Below, piece by piece: positions 59,299 to 64,000 of a DNA stretch of 64,000 nucleotides. The DNA is taken from positions 186,001-250,000 of the forward strand of contig NW_026929284.1 in assembly GCF_032062105.1 (NCBI RefSeq), given 5' to 3'. The translations under genes were made by a program, and so were the position numbers. The notes beneath the pieces were generated by a model. The model was not told the origin of the DNA, did no database searches, and saw only the letters and a list, made by a program, of their open reading frames with translations. Within the stretch, counting starts at the first letter, position 1. Each line of letters starts with the position of its first letter. This DNA comes from Saccostrea cucullata (taxonomy: Eukaryota).

Positions 59299-62200
59299 TT
59301 AAGCTAATGTAGGCCTATTTCCGAGAAATTCTTTTTTTCAATTCTTGATAGCTAAAATAATTATTTTCAAGAATATTTAGCTATCAAACAATTTGACTTC
59401 ATATGATTATTTATTTGATACCGGTACTTTATTATAGCTATGGTTTGATTTTTCTTAGTCACTGTAGCTGCTCATTTGGGAAATTGATGAAAATAAATGC
59501 AACCCTAGAAAAAAATGAACTTCCTTGGAAATCTCTTACTTCAGCTAGAAAATGAAGATTAATTGACAGACTTGTATTATCGCAGGGCTGTGTGAAATGC
59601 ATGAATTTCTGGGTTTTTCCTTTTTGTCAGGATAAAGGCCCTAGGGGATTGCTCATTTTGATGGATTTTCTATTATTTCTCCATCTGCCTAATTTGCAGT
59701 GAGAAACTCATTTTACAGTTCAAGGAATAAACAGGAACATATTGTTTGAATCCTGTAATTCCCAATTATAGTAAAAGGTAATTATACATGTATGTACTAC
59801 AACAAAACATTTTTTTTATACATGACAATGGTTAGAATGTTTTCTTTAATTTTCCCTTTTATGCATTCACAATAGAAATAGAATCTCCAGTCTTATCACT
59901 AAATATAAGGTATTTATCTCTTGTCCACTGAACTGTTGATTGAATACCAGAGGAAAAATCAAAGGCAGTGTCAAGGCCTATGTGACCATTATCATATGAA
60001 CTTGAATGTCTTCTTCAATATTTTTTTAATTTTTTCAACTGAAGATTTTTGATGAGTTTGAGAATAGAGATACATGCATGATGCACAAATACCAAGGGTG
60101 AATAATATACTACCATATTACATGAAGTTCTTTATAATGTAGTGTGCATAAGCCATGAACATAATATTCCATTCCCTGTTCACATTTACATATAAAGAGC
60201 CATCTTATAGATCTGTATATAAGTCATACATGTCTTACAATCAATGAATGTTTTTGGAACACAAGTTTTTAACACCACACGTAATTAAACATCAATAAAT
60301 AAGGAATATTCCTGATTTTCAGCGCGTGGCATCCGTGCGTCTCCATTAAAAATTATATATTATTAATGAGTAGACTTTGCTTATTCTATATTTTTGAATA
60401 GGAAGCATTTTATTGGAGATATTGATTTCCTGGGTGAGATATAGCAGCATGTTGTAGCTAGCCCTGTGTGTATATTGATTCAGAAGTCTCCCTATACCGT
60501 ATACATCTGTCTGGGACTGTGTTTACTCCATGTTAGTCAAATACAGTCCGATTTTAACACTGATTGTGCTTTATTGACAGCCAGATGTGTTTATTATTTC
60601 AAAAAAATTGGATTTGAATGTTATAGCATTTACAGGTTAGTATTTTATGAGTTAAGTGTGAGACTTATTATATTAAGCTTGTCTCCAGGATTCTTGGCTC
60701 TGCTTATAGGCATGAATTAAACTTCAAAACTTCTGATAATATTTTCTTTGCTATTTATTTAAGAATAAAATTTTTGCTGTTTGAAAAGGTTATTTCTTGA
60801 TACTTTTTAACTGAAATGAATCTATAATAATGTTCCACATGATAGGTTTAATTTCTTGTCGAAATACAGGATGAATTGAAAATGCCATTCTGTAAGCTTT
60901 TAAAATCCTATATAGTGGGTATATATATAAAAGTAAATAAGTAAGTCCCTTTGAAGGGGTTTCTTCATATTCTGATAACATCATGATATCTCTCAGAAGA
61001 ACAGCTGTTTACATATAAGACCCACTCCTCCATATGTAGAATGCTGTTACAGTCCGTGTCAAGTTCTTGTAGCTGTTTGTTAGAAGGTGGAACAATATAC
61101 ACTTCGTTTGTAAACGTACACAGGATTTAGATGTTATGTAATGCTTTTGATGCTTTGAAAAAGGCTAAATTTGATATTCTCATATTTGTTTCTTCATTGT
61201 ATAAAACATTGAAATTTAATGAAAAAATTGAGGGGTGGATTGAGAGGGTGATTTTGAACATGTAAAGGAGCTTATATTGTTGTACTTAGTAACCTGAGGT
61301 AAGTGAATAATTGTAATTAGGGGATTTTTTCCTTTGTTGCCATTATAATTTTGCTGAATGTTGAACTTTGAACCTGGGTTCCATATAACTTCATATTTAT
61401 GACCCCTCCTATAAAATATTAATAACAAACCTCTGAAGGATTTAAAATATTTTGACAGTGAAGTGGTTTTAAAGAGACCCTAGCTAGCTCTTCATTATTG
61501 CCTTATATATAAATTTAAGATGTTACTTGGCAGTTTAAAGTGAATTGGTTGGCATGTTTTAGTTTGCATCCTCTGGTGGCAGTTCATGTATATATATATA
61601 TATCTGAATCATTGGTCCTTGTAATATGGCCACAGGCATGAAGTTTATGCATGTTACCTAGGGAATATGATAAATGAGTGATAATATTGAAACCATCAAC
61701 TTTAACTGATGTAATGCTGGTATCAGTATATATGTTTGACATATCAAACAAACAACAATGGTATTTGAAAGATCTATTATAAACTAATTAACTGCATGTA
61801 TGTTTTTCAAATAATGTTATGAAAGTATAAGGTCTTTAAAGAATAATCATAACATACCCTTTTCCATATCGCATCTTGCCTGAGATACTTGTGACAGACG
61901 AAGAGCCAATTAACTCAGGTTAAAAACTTGTATAAGATTAGAAAAGTTTTGTTAAAGTGTAACAAATTAATGTCTTTCAAACCAGTCAAAATTCTTATCC
62001 AGTTAATAAGTTTAGTTATAATCAGCAAATTCTTAGATTGATCAATAGGTTATTTTTCTTATTTTGACAGTTCTAAAATCCTCAAAAAGTAATACATGTA
62101 TACATGGAATGAATGTAGCTATTGTATAAAGTAAATTGATTGTAAATGTAGCCTGTTCATGAGGTCAACCCGTAGATATATTGACTTCACAGAAAAACAT

Positions 62201-63061
62201 ATTGACTGAGCACTTCTGTCTATATCTTTATGGATCAACCTCCTAAGAGGGCTTTATTTGTATAATATCAATATTGCACAACTCTCTTTCTCGGTACATA
62301 CTCAGCAGACAGGGCGTTAAGGTGGACACATTTAAAAATTAACCATGTTTGTTTTCCCTATCATATTTTAATTGATTTATGAATTACTGCCATATATGTG
62401 TTACATATGCCTCTTTAGTCTAAATACTTTTATCAATTAATGCATATTTCTTTGTTGTACTCCATTCTGTTTTCAGAGAGTATACAAAGAGATAAAGTAT
62501 CAATTGTTTAAATACTTGACATTCGTAAAAACAAATTAATACTGGATGCCATGGGCAATGTAGTCACAGATTTCATTCAAGTAACATCTGTTGCAAAGTT
62601 GTGTATTGCATTGGAATAAAATCTAATAATAATTCATTGTACACATTTATATCAAAACATTGAGTTGGAGTAGATCTTCGCTTGGCGACTTTTACTCAAT
62701 ATATTGATGCAATGTATAACTTTTTCTAATCTATTTTGAATTAACTTCACTTAATTTCCAGATGTCATATCTAACAAATGGCATCCCAGCTGATAAAAAT
62801 ATTTAATGCTTTGAAGTCTCCAAACATTTCAGCACACTGGTTTAAATACATGTATTTAATTTTGTTTTAGTTACCAGGTTATACATCTCAAATACTTTAG
62901 TTAGTAAAAGATTGGGGAGTTAATTCTTTCAAAATACAATTTCACAATCCTGATCATAAACCTACCTGATCAAATTTTTTAACAGCAGTCTTCACGTAGG
63001 CCTATGACGTCCCGCTCTTGCCTTTTCAATTCATCTTTATTTATATGGTAAATTCTCTTAA

Positions 63062-63558
63062 AGGGATAAATCAGTCAACCTGTATATTTAGATATAAACC
63101 TGTTTTCATAATGTTTGTGTTTTACACAAGTCTTTTCTTCTCCACATTGAGTCACGTAACATAGTGTTCTTGATAATTTTGTCATTACCGCTTAATGTAA
63201 CTGTTTTTGAAATAAATAAAGTATATACATATATGTCATTAATGATGTCAAATAAATGAAATTTATTCATTTAAATTTATTTATTATATTGTACATTGTA
63301 TAACAACAAAAAAGACAATCCTTGTGAGACAAAAAATTGGTTGAGACCATATTTTAACATCATTTAAATGCTGTTTTTATATGCATATGACATCACCCTA
63401 TAATATTTTTAACTTTATCAATTCATCAAGTAATGTTGGCTGCATAAAATATAAATTGAAACCAGACACATGCATTACCTATTTTGAAAAATGTATATCA
63501 CTTTAAGAATAATAAAACACAAACTGTGTAAAGTACATTTTTCTGCGAATATAGTCCT
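63062..63558. mobile_element. Possible degenerate TTAA-flanked MITE
   Basis: TTAA-AGGGATAAATC ... GAATATAGTCCT-TTAA; weak TIR match. Confidence 0.3.
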
Positions 63559-64000
63559 TTAAAATTCAATGTGTCTTAAAAAAAGTTAAACCAATTTGAT
63601 TCAAAGGAAGGACAATGTCTACTTTGAAGGGATAGTAAGAAAAAAATGATAAGTTACTTTATATATTAGATATGAAAAACATATATATTTTTACAGATTT
63701 ACATTAGTTGAAGCCAGAAACCTATGTGTAAAAAAATGTGACTGCTTAGAATCTCGTCATTGTCTTAATATGAGTAGGAAGATACTCATCCAATACACTT
63801 ATTAAAAACACTATACTTCATGGTAAGATTTTATTGGGTTTAATTTCCTGGCTATGCAAATATATGCCTTTATAATGAAGTAGACAACTGAGGTATTAGT
63901 CTGGAACATTAACAGTGTGTAATTATCTAAGGATTACAGAAAGATCTGCAGCTGTGCCTCAAAGTTTGAGACAGCATATCAAACAAATTTTTAGTTGTCA

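Noticed and set aside
59300-64000. Short ORFs and candidate exons in the right-hand region
   Set aside because: AT-rich, with no recognisable motifs or consistent splice chain; treated as intergenic or intronic.

Overview
AT-rich, intron-rich eukaryotic DNA, most likely a bivalve/oyster (inferred from Helentron-type HINE elements carrying a 166-bp satellite and a Meta-type SINE). By hand-splicing I recover four complete genes: USP5/13 (- strand, 19 coding exons, 798 aa), CDCA3/Tome-1-like (+, 3 coding exons, 245 aa), PEX14 (-, 9 coding exons, 333 aa) and DFFA/ICAD (+, 4 coding exons, 200 aa). There is also a probable first coding exon of an unidentified gene near 4.0-4.3 kb. The four genes form two adjacent head-to-head pairs (USP5<>CDCA3 and PEX14<>DFFA). 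Each pair is also head-to-head in human, but on different chromosomes (12p13 and 1p36). Introns and intergenic DNA are crowded with non-autonomous DNA transposons (TTAA, TA, TAA and 5-, 6-, 8-bp TSDs), HINEs, SINEs and a Penelope-like fragment. The most unusual recurring pattern is that six exon-intron junctions in three of the genes have been tandemly duplicated into the adjacent intron, leaving arrays of decoy splice sites. All coordinates were read by eye, and no database searches were run. I found no supportable gene in 50.5-64 kb.
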